A stretch of DNA of 62,924 nt, filler included, from Octopus bimaculoides (lineage: Eukaryota), in NCBI RefSeq assembly GCF_001194135.2. It is 3 parts of 3 records of this genome, joined end to end, with 100 filler letters (N's around TTAATTAATTAA, not from the genome) between each part and the next. Parts side by side here need not be neighbours in the genome. Positions count along the whole stretch, not along the records: positions 31,362 to 45,222 come from NC_068988.1; positions 45,323 to 62,924 come from NC_068985.1; 1 more part is not named here. One strand, written 5' to 3'. The notes beneath the pieces are model-generated. The model was not told where the DNA came from. It worked only from the letters and a program-made list of their open reading frames with translations, and searched no databases. The position numbers were made by a program, and so were the translations under genes. This document shows positions 41,310 to 53,630 of the stretch, piece by piece (position 1 is the stretch's first letter; the number at the start of each line of letters is the position of its first letter).

Positions 41310-42658
41310 CTCTGCAGTCTACATCTATATACACATATACAGATGTGTATAAGTGTATAACTGTGTATACACATACAAAGTTTCTATCTACTAAGTTCAC
41401 CTCAAAAAATATTGTTTAAACCAATGCCACTGTAAAAGACATTCATCCATGATGCAGTGATGTTAGATCAAACCTGGGACCACGTGATTACAAAGGGAAC
41501 ATCTTAACAAAAGGTGGTGCAAAATAACTATTAAAAATCAAATTGAGAGAAACAAACAAAGACAACAACAATAAGATGATAAAGAGTAAAAATGATTTAA
41601 AACAGAGAATTGAACCTTGAAAATATTGATTGAAACAAATCATCCACTGTGTTTACATTGATCCATATCAGAAATGGTAAACTTCAGTAGCAAACGGAAT
41701 TGAAGCAAATAGACAAAAATGACATGAGTAAAACTGACTGAAGATTCTAGAATAAGCATTAATAAAACATTGGTAAAATTATTTGAATTTCTTATGAATT
41801 TATTTCTATGGAATAACGATAAACTGAATGCAAAGGGAAAAAATGCAACAAAATAAAACAAAAAGGTTATGCTAATATAAAATATAATACTGAAAAATAA
41901 TCAGATAAAAAATTAACGGAAGAAGTAATTGCAGGTTAGACAAGAAATAAATTAATCTGGGAAAGAAGTTACTGGAAAATATTGTTTTGTTATTTACTAA
42001 AGATATCCAACTGTTGGATTGAACTGGTGTCTTTTCCATTGTATGGTAGAACAAAAGCACTGTGATTTTATATAGATTTTAAACCTTATAGACAACAGTT
42101 GAAGAGAATATTGGGAAAAACTAATATAATATAGCACAATCCAGACTTCAGCCATACAGCAATGAAGATGATGATGATGCTACTTAATCTGAGGTAATAG
42201 TGATCCAAATGTATTCCATCTGTCTCAATTCCATTTTTTTTAACAATCCAAGTACTTTTTAAGATAGTAGGTGTGATATCAGGTTAAATTGGGCTGCTAG
42301 GTCTACCAGGTTATGCAGTCTCACAGAAGCTTCTTTGATAATGATGATGATGATGAGGACGATGATGATTATAATGATGATGGTAACAGTTATGGTGATG
42401 ACCATGAGGTGCTGATAGTGATGATGATGGCAAAGATATTAATGGTCCTGATGATCTTGATGGTGACGTCAACAATGATGATGATGGTAATTATAATGAT
42501 GTTGATGAACACTAGTATTTAGCTGCTGTCACACCAGGCCTTAAGTATTTAAAGTATCCACTTTTGATCAATACCTGTGGTAGCAACAATTATTGGAAAA
42601 CTACACACTCAGTTTTGCAACCTCTACTGCTTCAACAACAACAACAACAACAACAGCA

Positions 42659-42737
<79 letters not shown>

Positions 42738-43092
42738 TCAAATACCACCTGCACTAATACCTACTCTAAGTTTTTCCAAAAATGTGGCATGGAAGAGGCC
42801 ACAATAGTGACACCAGATATATCTTTCCCTCTCACCTTCTCCACCTGTCCCGGTAAAAGTCCAATATCAATCAATATGGAGATATTTCTCAACAATTACA
42901 CACTATTTTCTCATTCATTGAATGATTAATCTCTGATAGAAAATAACAAGAAATTCTTTAACAAGTTTTAGTTGTGTACTGTGGTGATGAAATATTGATG
43001 AAATATTGAATACTTATGAAAACATATTGAAATGCTTGCTTGATGAGGAAGTTGTGGTTTGGGAACATTTATTTTATATATCCCAATTGTAT

Positions 43093-43123
<31 letters not shown>

Positions 43124-43126
43124 TTG

Positions 43127-43162
<36 letters not shown>

Positions 43163-43254
43163 GTGAGAATTCATAAAAAAAAAACAAAAGACGAAGACTG
43201 GTGGTTGTAGAAAATAAACAGATGTATTAGTATAATGCTCGGGAATTGAAAAAG

Positions 43255-43292
43255 TCTCTAACGTTTCGAGCCTACGCTCTTCCACAGAAAGA
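43255..43292 (-). ncRNA. Degenerate minimal type I hammerhead motif (Penelope-associated type)
   Basis: Minus strand TCTTT-CTGTGGA-A-GAGC gtag GCTC-GAAA-CG-TT-AGAGA: 5-bp stem I, perfect 4-bp stem II, palindromic AACGTT stem III; A6 of the core is substituted. Confidence 0.5.
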
Positions 43293-43361
43293 AACAAGGA
43301 GAGAAACAATTAGAGAAATAAAATGTGTGTAGTGGTTTGCGATCTATCATGGCAAAATGTA

Positions 43362-43400
<39 letters not shown>

Positions 43401-43869
43401 NNNNNNNNNNNNNNNNNNNNNNNNNNNNNNNNNNNNNNNNNNNNNNNNNNNNNNNNNNNNNNNNNNNNNNNNNNNNNNNNNNNNNNNNNNNNNNNNNNNN
43501 NNNNNNNNNNNNNNNNNNNNNNNNNNNNNNNNNNNNNNNNNNNNNNNNNNNNNNNNNNNNNNNNNNNNNNNNNNNNNNNNNNNNNNNNNNNNNNNNNNNN
43601 NNNNNNNNNNNNNNNNNNNNNNNNNNNNNNNNNNNNNNNNNNNNNNNNNNNNNNNNNNNNNNNNNNNNNNNNNNNNNNNNNNNNNNNNNNNNNNNNNNNN
43701 NNNNNNNNNNNNNNNNNNNNNNNNNNNNNNNNNNNNNNNNNNNNNNNNNNNNNNNNNNNNNNNNNNNNNNNNNNNNNNNNNNNNNNNNNNNNNNNNNNNN
43801 NNNNNNNNNNNNNNNNNNNNNNNNNNNNNNNNNNNNNNNNNNNNTATATATATATATATATATATCATC

Positions 43870-44500
43870 ATTGTCATCCTCATCATTTAACATCCATTGT
43901 CCATGCTGGCATGGGTTGGATGGTTTGACCAGGGTTGGCAAGCTGGAAGGCTGCACTACACACCAGTCTGATTTGGCATGGTTTCTACAGCTGGATACCA
44001 TTCCTAATGTCAACCACTCTGAGAATGTAATGGGTGCTTTATGTGCCACTGGCATGGGTGCCATTTGTGTGACACCAGTATCTGCCACAACTGCAATTTT
44101 ATTTGGCTTGATGGGTCTTCTCAAGCATGACGTAATGCCAAAGGTCTTGGTTATTCATCATTCCCTCCATGAGGCCCAACACTTGAAAGGTGCTTTTCAC
44201 AAGCCACTGTCATTGGTCACTTTGCCTCTGTGAAGCCCAATGCTTGAAAGGTGCTTTTTATTTGCCACTGGCATGGATGTCAGTTACTTGACACCAGCGT
44301 CAGCCATGACTTCGATTTCACTTAGCTTGACAGGTGTTCTCAATCACAGCATATCACCAAAGGTCTTGGTCACCAATCATTGCCTCTGTGAGGCCCAAAG
44401 TTCAAAGAACATGCTTCACTACCTCATGCCATGTCTTCCTGGGTCTACCTCTACAGCAGGTTCCCTCCACAGTTAGAGATCGATAAGCGATTTTGATTAT
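43870..44500 (-). mobile_element. RTE-like LINE 3' end (family C), reverse copy
   Basis: Minus-strand YRSLTVEGTCCRGRPRKTWHEVVKH (RTE C-terminus); 3' UTR ends ...catgccagcatggacaatggatgttaaatgatga. Confidence 0.8.
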
Positions 44501-45191
44501 GAAGCAAGTGAAATCAAAATCAAAATCAAAATTGCTGACGTGACCGATGACAGTACCACCTGATTGGCACTCGTGCCAGTGGAATGTTAAAAGCACATCT
44601 GAATGTGGGGTATAACCGGCCCACTTACGAGTACCCCTCATTCATTGGACAATGAACTTTGCTTACAAAAACCTATTGAGGCATGTGAAAAGAAATCAAA
44701 ACTGCTGATGTGGCCGATGACAGTACCACCTGATTGGCACTCGTGCCAGTGGAACGTTAACAGCACATCCGAGCATGATTGCTGCCAGGCCATGGATTGG
44801 CTCCCATGTCAGTGGCATGTAAAAAGCACCATTTGAGTGTGATCATCGCCAGCGTCGCCTTCCCGGCACATGTGCAGGTGGCACATGAAAAACAACATTT
44901 GAGCATGGTCGTTGTCAGTGCCACCGGACTGGCTTCTGTGCAGGTAGCATGTAAAAAACACCTCTTGAGCATGGTCATTGCCAGAACCGCCTGACTGGCC
45001 CTCGTGCTGGTGTCATGTAAAAGCACCCACTACACTCTCAGAGTGGTTAGAGTTAGGAAGGGCATCCAGATGTAGAAACTTTGCCAGATCAGATTGACCC
45101 TGGTGCAGCCTCTGGCTTGCCAGTCCTCAGTCAAACCGTCCAACCCATGCCAGCATGGAAAGTGGGCGTTAAATGAGGATGATGATGATGA

Positions 45192-45195
<4 letters not shown>
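44500..45195 (+). mobile_element. RTE-like LINE 3' UTR (family C) with ~65-bp internal repeats
   Basis: Repeated gtgccagtggcacgtaaaaagcacc units, then ...ccaacccatgccagcatggaaagtgggcgttaaa(tga)n. Shorter copies at about 5735-5900 (-), 12745-12945, 17590-17800, 27130-27360 (-), 35870-36150, 57500-57850 (-), 60650-60950 (-) and 62255-62355. Confidence 0.8.
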
Positions 45196-45222
<27 letters not shown>

Positions 45223-45720
45223 NNNNNNNNNNNNNNNNNNNNNNNNNNNNNNNNNNNNNNNNNNNNTTAATTAATTAANNNNNNNNNNNNNNNNNNNNNN
45301 NNNNNNNNNNNNNNNNNNNNNNAGAGTTATTAATATTTCTAAGTCTCTCTAAAGGAGACTACGGCAGCGGTACTGGAAATTAATAGTTATCGCCAAGCCA
45401 ACATGGCAGTCCCAAAATTAGGACGAAAGCTGCCGTGAATTAGCTCCAAGAAGCCATCGCCTCTAGCTAGCTATGTGACACACGAAACCTGTGTCCTTTA
45501 TAACCTTCGAACAGGGGAGGTCAGCAGTGTCCCCCTGCTGGTTTGGCATCTGCAGACTAGTTTCAGGGTGTTGCCCCTTGTCAATGCAGAGCAGCCAAGC
45601 CTTAGCCAGGCGGCGCTGCTGACTATCTGATATATATATAAACCCATCTATCCATCCATCCATCCATCCATCCATCTAGCTAGCTAGCTGTCTGTTTGTC
45701 CGTCTCTCAATTTATCTGTC

Positions 45721-45768
<48 letters not shown>

Positions 45769-46229
45769 CATAGCAAAAAAGTTATTGATATTGTATTTCA
45801 TGGTGGGATTGGGTGTCCTTATACCAATAATAAACATGCACACTGGTTCTATTTCACATCATTTATTATCAATAGTCAATTAATCAACCATTTAACCAAT
45901 TATCTAACCGATTGCTTGGTTAATCATTTGGTCTATTAATCAATCAACTAAGTTTCTTAAAGTCCTTTTGTTATCAATCCTATTCTCATCAATGCCATGC
46001 TTTCTTTACTCAGGGTTTGCTCCAGGTCTTTCTGTTTCCTAGTCTATAGATTCAATATTTATAAGAATATGAGTAAGAGTGTATGCCAGAGAAGGAGAGA
46101 GAGAGAGAGAGGGGGGTGAGAGGGAGTGAGAATGAAAGAAAGAGAGAGTGTATATGTGAGTGTGTGCTGGTGTATATGCATTTATGCATGAGTCTGCGTG
46201 GGTGTGCACTTGTGTGACTTGGTGTAGCT

Positions 46230-46362
46230 TCAGGAGTGGCTGTGTGGTTAAGAAGCTTGATTCCCAACCACATGGTTCTGTGTTCAGTCCCACTGTATGG
46301 CACCTTCGGCAAGTGTCCAAAGCCTTGTGAGTGGATTTGGTAGATGGAAACTGAAAGAAGCC

Positions 46363-46397
<35 letters not shown>

Positions 46398-46612
46398 ATG
46401 CATGTATTTATGTGTCAGTGTTTGTCCCCCACCACCATTGCTTGACACTGATGTTAGCGTGTTTACATCCCCGTAGCTTAGTAGTTCAGCAAAAAGAGAC
46501 TGGTAGAGTAAGTAATAGGCTTACAAAGAATAAGTCCTGGGGTCAATTTGTTCGACTAAAGGTGGTGTTCCAGCATGGCCACAGTCCAATGACTGAAACA
46601 AGTAAAAGAATG
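46230..46612 (+). mobile_element. SINE family A
   Basis: caggagtggctgtgtgg...gaaacaagtaaaaga. Confidence 0.85.
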
Positions 46613-47616
46613 TATAAAAGGATGTGTGTGTGTGGGGGGGTCTGTATATATGTATATATGCATGTATGTATGCATATACAAATGCACACACACACACACA
46701 CACACTTGATCACATAGCTCCCAGTTTATTTCACTCACCACGTTTGAGTGGTATGTCTTGTCATAAGCATTAGGATCTTCTGCAACATAGTTTATCATCA
46801 ACCAATACAGTCCTTTGTTGTCTCCTCTGTAAGATGTAACATTTTGAGGTCAGTCTTTGTGTGCGTGTATACATAAGCACAAAAAAATTAGCAAGTAGAT
46901 TGCCACTAGTTTAAAACCTTTTGATACCAACACACCTGAAACTTCCCCCGGTTGCATGAACTGACTTATTGTTTTAAAATAAATAAAAACTTTCCTTCAA
47001 AATGTCCTGTTAATCTTATGTCCCAAACACCAGCTTAATGATGGTTCCAAATTCTGGCACAAGGCCAGCAATTTGGGGTAAGGGAGATAATCGAGTATGT
47101 AGACCCCCCAGTGTTCAAAGCACCCTGTATATATATATATATATATATNNNNNNNNNNNNNNNNNNNNNNNNNNNNNNNNNNNNNNNNNNNNNNNNNNNN
47201 NNNNNNNNNNNNNNNNNNNNNNNNNNNNNNNNNNNNNNNNNNNNNNNNNNNNNNNNNNNNNNNNNNNNTCTTATATATATATATATATAAAGTAACTGGC
47301 ACTCCATTGGTTATGAAATTGAGGGTTCCAGTTGATTCAATTAATGGAACAGCCTGCATCTGAAATTAACATGCAAGTGGCTGAGCACTCCACAGATATG
47401 TGTACTGTTAACATAGTTCTCATGGAAATTCAGCATGACACAGAGTGTGATAAGGCTGGCCTTTTGAAATACAGGTACTATTCATTTTTGCCAGCTGAGT
47501 GAATTGAAGCAATGCGAAATAAAGTGTCTTGCTCAAGGACACAATATGTCACCAGGAATCGAACTCACGACTTTACAATCATAAGCCGAATACCCTAACC
47601 ACATGCCTTCACTTTT

Positions 47617-47652
<36 letters not shown>

Positions 47653-47685
47653 ATATGTAAGTATATATGTATGTATATCTTTCAG

Positions 47686-47847
47686 GTTGGCTGGAGACCA
47701 TTTGCAGATGACAGATATTACAGATATTGGTGGGTAGAGTTTATCAACCTGGTTTATCCCATATTAGTGCTGCTTTTGCTTCTATTCATCTATGCATGGC
47801 AAGTTGGAAACTGTTGGTGGAATTTAAATGCCCGAATTTACATAAAG
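47686..47847 (+). CDS. Internal coding exon (first recovered) of a multi-pass membrane protein, possibly gustatory-receptor-like/7TM ion channel; encodes TM1
   Basis: Acceptor tctttcag|GTT, donor AAG|gtaagt; 162 nt, phase 0/0; VGWRPFADDRYYRYWWVEFINLVYPILVLLLLLFIYAWQVGNCWWNLNARIYIK; splices in frame to the next exon. Confidence 0.9.
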
Positions 47848-48887
47848 GTAAGTTCAGCACTGCTACTGCTGCTACTACTGCTGCTTTCAGGATTGATAAA
47901 ATAAGTATCATTTGAGCATTAGGGTCGATGTAATTGACTTATTCCTTCCCTGAACTTGCTGGTTTTGTGCCAAAATTTGAAACCGATACAATAATTGAAG
48001 CCATTTATGTACATACTTAATGTATGAGCAATGCCTTGTATTTTCATCATATCTACCTTTTCCTGAAGAGAATACACTCATCTGCATCATTTGTTAGGAT
48101 CAGGTACCTTTTATTTTTGTTTCTTTTCACTGATCCCATATTGATGGATACAAGTACATAGATCCATATAAAAAAAATATGAAGCTTCACAATACAGTCA
48201 TGTGAGCACAAGTGATAGTCACTGCATTCTGAGTAATTGCTGTGTCATTCTTTTGCAGACCAAGGAGAATGTTTGACTGATAGCTGTCCTGTGCTATCAC
48301 AGACCAATCAGTGATAAGAATATCATGGTTCAACTGAGCATACCATGTTATTTCAGATCAGTGATGAATGAATCAGTGATAAACAAAGCTACATGTAGTA
48401 TATCAATGTCGTCATGCCTCTGTTAGGGAAACAGAATAGGCAATGGAGATGCATGGTTTTAAACTCCTGTTATACAGGAGAATTGCTTTTTAAGCTTCTT
48501 TGTGATGCATCATTAAAGATGTGCCTGTCAGATGCTTCATTAGTCTGAGAGAAATTTGTTAAGAGTTCGTTAATATTACAATGACAGAATGTCTGTAAAT
48601 CATGTTGCCAAATTTAAATTTTGCCTTTTGACAATGACTCACTCCATTTTCGTATTTTGGTTAAGTAAATTACCCACAATACTACAATCATGATCCAAAC
48701 TTTAAGCACCTTTGGCCACATGCTTTCATGAGATCAGAATAAAGGACTTACAAAAATCTTCCTCCAAATCCTCTAGAACTATATATATCAGAATTCAAAA
48801 TTTTATTGCATTTGTGTATTTATACTTTTTTAATACTTGCTGTTTTTAACCTGTTTTTATTTTCTTTCTTCTTTTGAATTCCAACAG

Positions 48888-49112
48888 AGCCATGAACACA
48901 AACATATGCACACAAGTAGTAGCAATAAATCTGCCTTGACAATGTCTGAAGATACGAATTTGACAACCATCAATAAAAAGGGGAATGTTGAATGCCAGCA
49001 GAATATGCCCACTTATTTAATAACAGATATATTGCACTTGATCATGTTCTGTATGGGAATGGTTTTTTTCCGTTATCATGGTGATGAACAAGTATGCGGT
49101 CTCTTAGAGAAG
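48888..49112 (+). CDS. Coding exon 2 (recovered): loop plus TM2
   Basis: Long pyrimidine tract then ccaacag|AGC, donor AAG|gtatat; 225 nt, phase 0/0; SHEHKHMHTSSSNKSALTMSEDTNLTTINKKGNVECQQNMPTYLITDILHLIMFCMGMVFFRYHGDEQVCGLLEK. Confidence 0.9.
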
Positions 49113-50878
49113 GTATATTCTTTGCATTGTTTTAAAGATATTTATTTCACTTAGCTGATGGCTTCATAGAAACCTAATGCAATGATTAATCATATATACA
49201 TAAAAGATCTTAAAGACTGAATTTAACATCAACGTTTGATATTTAGAAAGATAGCAAGTTGGCAGAATCATTACTGCACTGGAAAAATGCTGAGCAGCAT
49301 TTCTTTTGACTTTATGTTCTGTGTTCAAAAGCCACCAAGGTTGACTTTGCTTTTCATACTTTCAGGGTCGATAAAATAAGTACCAGTTGAACACTGGGGT
49401 CAATGTAATCAATTTACCCCTCCCTAAAACTGTTCACCTTGTGCCAAAATTTGAAATCAATATTTGCTATCGAGAGTTTTAAAACCATGTTTTAAGCGTA
49501 AAAAATTACTTTCCAACAGATTTTGTTTTTGAATTTGTTTCACAAGAATCCAAAATCATGTGTTGAAACTGATATTATTATATTTTAGAAGAGTTAAATT
49601 AGAACCTATAAACACACTCACCAGTTATTATTCACTTTCTTTTAGTTATATTTGCAGAAAATTTCACCATACTTTACCTGTGATTTTGTGGTGATTTTAA
49701 ATTTGGAGAATTTCTAAATTCAATCCATTGAAGTCATAGGAAAAGTGTGTCAAAAATTTCTGGGAATATAACAAAAAACCAGATGTGAACCACAACTGGT
49801 TAGTTTGTTTATAAGCTTTAATTTGGTTGTCCCACATTGTAACAATAGTTTTTTTTTAATATAATTACTAGCAAATATTCAAGGCAGTGAACCTGAAAAA
49901 TTGTTAGCATGTCAAGCAAAATGCTTAGTGGCATTTTATCCATCTTTACATTCTGAGTTCAAATTCCACTGAGGTTGACTTTGCCTTTCATCCTTTTGGG
50001 GGTCAATAAAATAAATACCAGTTGATCACTGGGGTTGATGTAATTGACTTACCCCTTCCTCTGAAATTAGTGACCTTGTGCCAAAATTTGAAATCAATAT
50101 AATTACTATGCTTTTGCATATTTTTAAAAACCATTATAACTATTTCAATAATTTATACTTAATAGTAGAACTCAGAGTAGCAATAAATGATATTGGGTTA
50201 AAAACCATTTGGATAGCAGAAATCAAAGGCCGGGCATCATATTTACAGAAGATATGTGGTATAAGTTCTATAGGCAACCTTCGACTATTTCTATTTAAAG
50301 GAATTTTTAAATTAACATTCACACTCTGTTATTTATAGCTTTATCTACTTCAAGTTCCATTGTTAAAAATGAATTATTTCTTGTTTCTCAAAGTTTCTAA
50401 GTTCTTATGATGTATCTCAATAATTGTTTATTTTAAGATTTAATCCAATGAGTCGCCAGAAACCACACTATATTGGCAGGCTTCATTAAATCATTTAGTT
50501 AAATTTCATTGTTCTGACTTCAGATTCTGCAAAGATTAATTTTGCTTGTCCCTCAGTTGACTATATCTTCTCTTATAATTCTTGGCCTTATGTCTTATTC
50601 CACCAAAAATTAACGATGATTTTTCTTTTGAATTTAAAACTGAGAAGATTAAAGATTTCAACTAACTTAACCATTTTGATACTAACCTTACTGAAACCAC
50701 CTATGGTTATATGATACAAATTTCCTATTTTAAAGTTATCTGAATTAAAACCTTCTAATCAAAATTTTATGTTAATTTATGTTACAAACACCATTTTAAT
50801 AATGGCAAAATTACTTTACTGAATTCTTTGTTATTTAAAAGACATAACTGAAACAGAGATAATGTATTTCAATAGAAA

Positions 50879-50904
50879 TCTATATATATAAAAATGAGAA
50901 TGTG

Positions 50905-50947
<43 letters not shown>

Positions 50948-52239
50948 GTGAATCCCTAAAACTCGAGAACTACGCAACCAATTTCATTCAAATTTTACAC
51001 ATGCCTTACTTANNNNNNNNNNNNNNNNNNNNNNNNNNNNNNNNNNNNNNNNNNNNNNNNNNNNNNNNNNNNNNNNNNNNNNNNNNNNNNNNNNNNNNNN
51101 NNNNNNNNNNNNNNNNNNNNNNNNNNNNNNNNNNNNNNNNNNNNNNNNNNNNNNNNNNNNNNNNNNNNNNNNNNNNNNNNNNNNNNNNNNNNNNNNNNNN
51201 NNNNNNNNNNNNNNNNNNNNNNNNNNNNNNNNNNNNNNNNNNNNNNNNNNNNNNNNNNNNNNNNNNNNNNNNNNNNNNNNNNNNNNNNNNNNNNNNNNNN
51301 NNNNNNNNNNNNNNNNNNNNNNNNNNNNNNNNNNNNNNNNNNNNNNNNNNNNNNNNNNNNNNNNNNNNNNNNNNNNNNNNNNNNNNNNNNNNNNNNNNNN
51401 NNNNNNNNNNNNNNNNNNNNNNNNNNNNNNNNNNNNNNNNNNNNNNNNNNNNNNNNNNNNNNNNNNNNNNNNNNNNNNNNNNNNNNNNNNNNNNNNNNNN
51501 NNNNNNNNNNNNNNNNNNNNNNNNNNNNNNNNNNNNNNNNNNNNNNNNNNNNNNNNNNNNNNNNNNNNNNNNNNNNNNNNNNNNNNNNNNNNNNNNNNNN
51601 NNNNNNNNNNNNNNNNNNNNNNNNNNNNNNNNNNNNNNNNNNNNNNNNNNNNNNNNNNNNNNNNNNNNNNNNNNNNNNNNNNNNNNNNNNNNNNNNNNNN
51701 NNNNNNNNNNNNNNNNNNNNNNNNNNNNNNNNNNNNNNNNNNNNNNNNNNNNNNNNNNNNNNNNNNNNNNNNNNNNNNNNNNNNNNNNNNNNNNNNNNNN
51801 NNNNNNNNNNNNNNNNNNNNNNNNNNNNNNNNNNNNNNNNNNNNNNNNNNNNNNNNNNNNNNNNNNNNNNNNNNNNNNNNNATTGTGATTTCTGCAATGT
51901 GGTGCATAAATTGTCAAGTAAATGAGACGCATCTTTGCCTCCACTGATTCACTTGCAAAGTGTTGAGTAAAATTATTTCGTTGCAGACCTCCTTTGGGTC
52001 TTTTTATTATCACTACGACACACATAGTCCCCAGTTGGTAACATTGATTTCAAGGCCCTCCTAGATGAGAGACTGGCATTCCACTTAATGTCTATGTTCC
52101 ATGCTGGCATGGATTGGAGAGTTATTAATGTAGAAATATGGTATCGTAGCTACTAACAGTTGAGGGTTGCGTAGTCTAGACGGCGTTTTTAGATTTCATT
52201 ATTCTCTTTAACCCGGGCAAAGCCGGGTATTTCTGCTAG
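50879..52239 (+). mobile_element. Non-autonomous Helitron termini spanning an assembly gap
   Basis: 5' A|TCTATATATATAAAAATGAG then (GTCT)n; 3' hairpin ACCCGG-gcaaag-CCGGGT (52211-52228) then CTAG|T. An ~870-nt gap lies between, so continuity is unproven. Confidence 0.65.
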
Positions 52240-52279
52240 TATAGTAATAAAAAGGTTAAAAGCCATGTGTTTTATCTTT

Positions 52280-52667
52280 TATCTTTTACTTGTTTCAGTC
52301 ATTTCACTGCAGCCATACTGGAGCACTGCCTTGAAGAATGTTTAGTTGAAGGAACTGACCCCAGGGTTTATTTTTTCTTTTAAGCCTGGCACTTATTCTA
52401 TCAGTCACTTTTACCAAACTGCTAAGTTATGGGGATGTAAACAAACCAGCACCAGTTATCAGGCAGTAGTGGAGGAACAAACACACATGCATACACACAC
52501 ACACATTTATATGACGGGCTTCTTTTAGTTTCCATCTACTATATCCACTCTCAAGGCTTTGGTTGGCCTGAGGTTATAGTAGAAGACATTTTCCCGATGT
52601 GCCACAAAGTGGGACTGAACTCAGAACCATGTGGTTGGGGAGCAAGCTTCTTACCACACAGCCACCA
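52280..52667 (-). mobile_element. SINE family A, intronic
   Basis: Full-length reverse copy. Confidence 0.85.
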
Positions 52668-53630
52668 TAAGGTGAAAATCTGTCATCGATATAGTAATAA
52701 GTTCTGAAGCAAAACTATGTTGCTTTATTTATAAAGAGGAAAGATCAGTATCCCCAAAATGGGTGATAGTTGGCCTTGATGTGGAAACATAAAGACATCT
52801 TGACTACTAGCAGAATTATTGGCATTTTGAATTTTGAATAAATCATGAAATTAACTGTTATTTTTAAAAATGCTATTATTATAACTATCCATAGATGCTT
52901 TACAAACTACAGTACAGAGATCTATTTTTAATAGCACAAGGCATGGATCCTGCAATAAGTTTACTAAATCAAGTGAAGAAGTGGTAAGGAGAATTAAAGG
53001 TTTTGAAGTGTAGGTTTCAGTTACACATTGTTATTGAGTGCTTAAGGCAGTGAGCTGGCAGAATTGTTAGTGCTCTGAGCAAAATGCTTGGTGGCATTGT
53101 GTCTGCCTTTGCATTCTGTGTTCAAGTTCCACTGTGGTCGACTTTGCCTTTTATCTTTTTGGGGTCAATAAAATAAACATCAGTTGAACACTGGAGTTGA
53201 TAAAATATATACCAGATGAACACTGGGGCTGATGTAAAGGACTTAACCCCCCACCACCACATGCTGAAGTAATTGACTTATTCCAAACTTGCTGGCCTTG
53301 TGCCAAAATCTGAAACCAATATTATGAAAAGATAACCTCATTCTCCAATAATTCATGTAAATGTGTAAATTTGCACCTCCATTCAACAATATTTGAATGG
53401 AAAAAAATAGGGAAGAAAAATGAATCTGAAATACTTATGAATGAAAAAAATTAGGAAATAGGTAAGGAGAAATAATGTATTTGCACCGTATCCATGAGGT
53501 TTACAAAATTTGGTTGTTAATAAGAATTAAATTAAATTATAATGTATACATTTCCTAAGCCTTGAAATATTTAGATCTAAAAGCAGTGAATTAGCAAGTT
53601 CTTTTGGGAATTAGACAATATGTGTAGTGG

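Noticed and set aside
45267-45278. TTAATTAATTAA palindrome inside N runs (also 31306-31317)
   Set aside because: Both sit in identical 44N+12+44N constructs: an assembly spacer, not biology.
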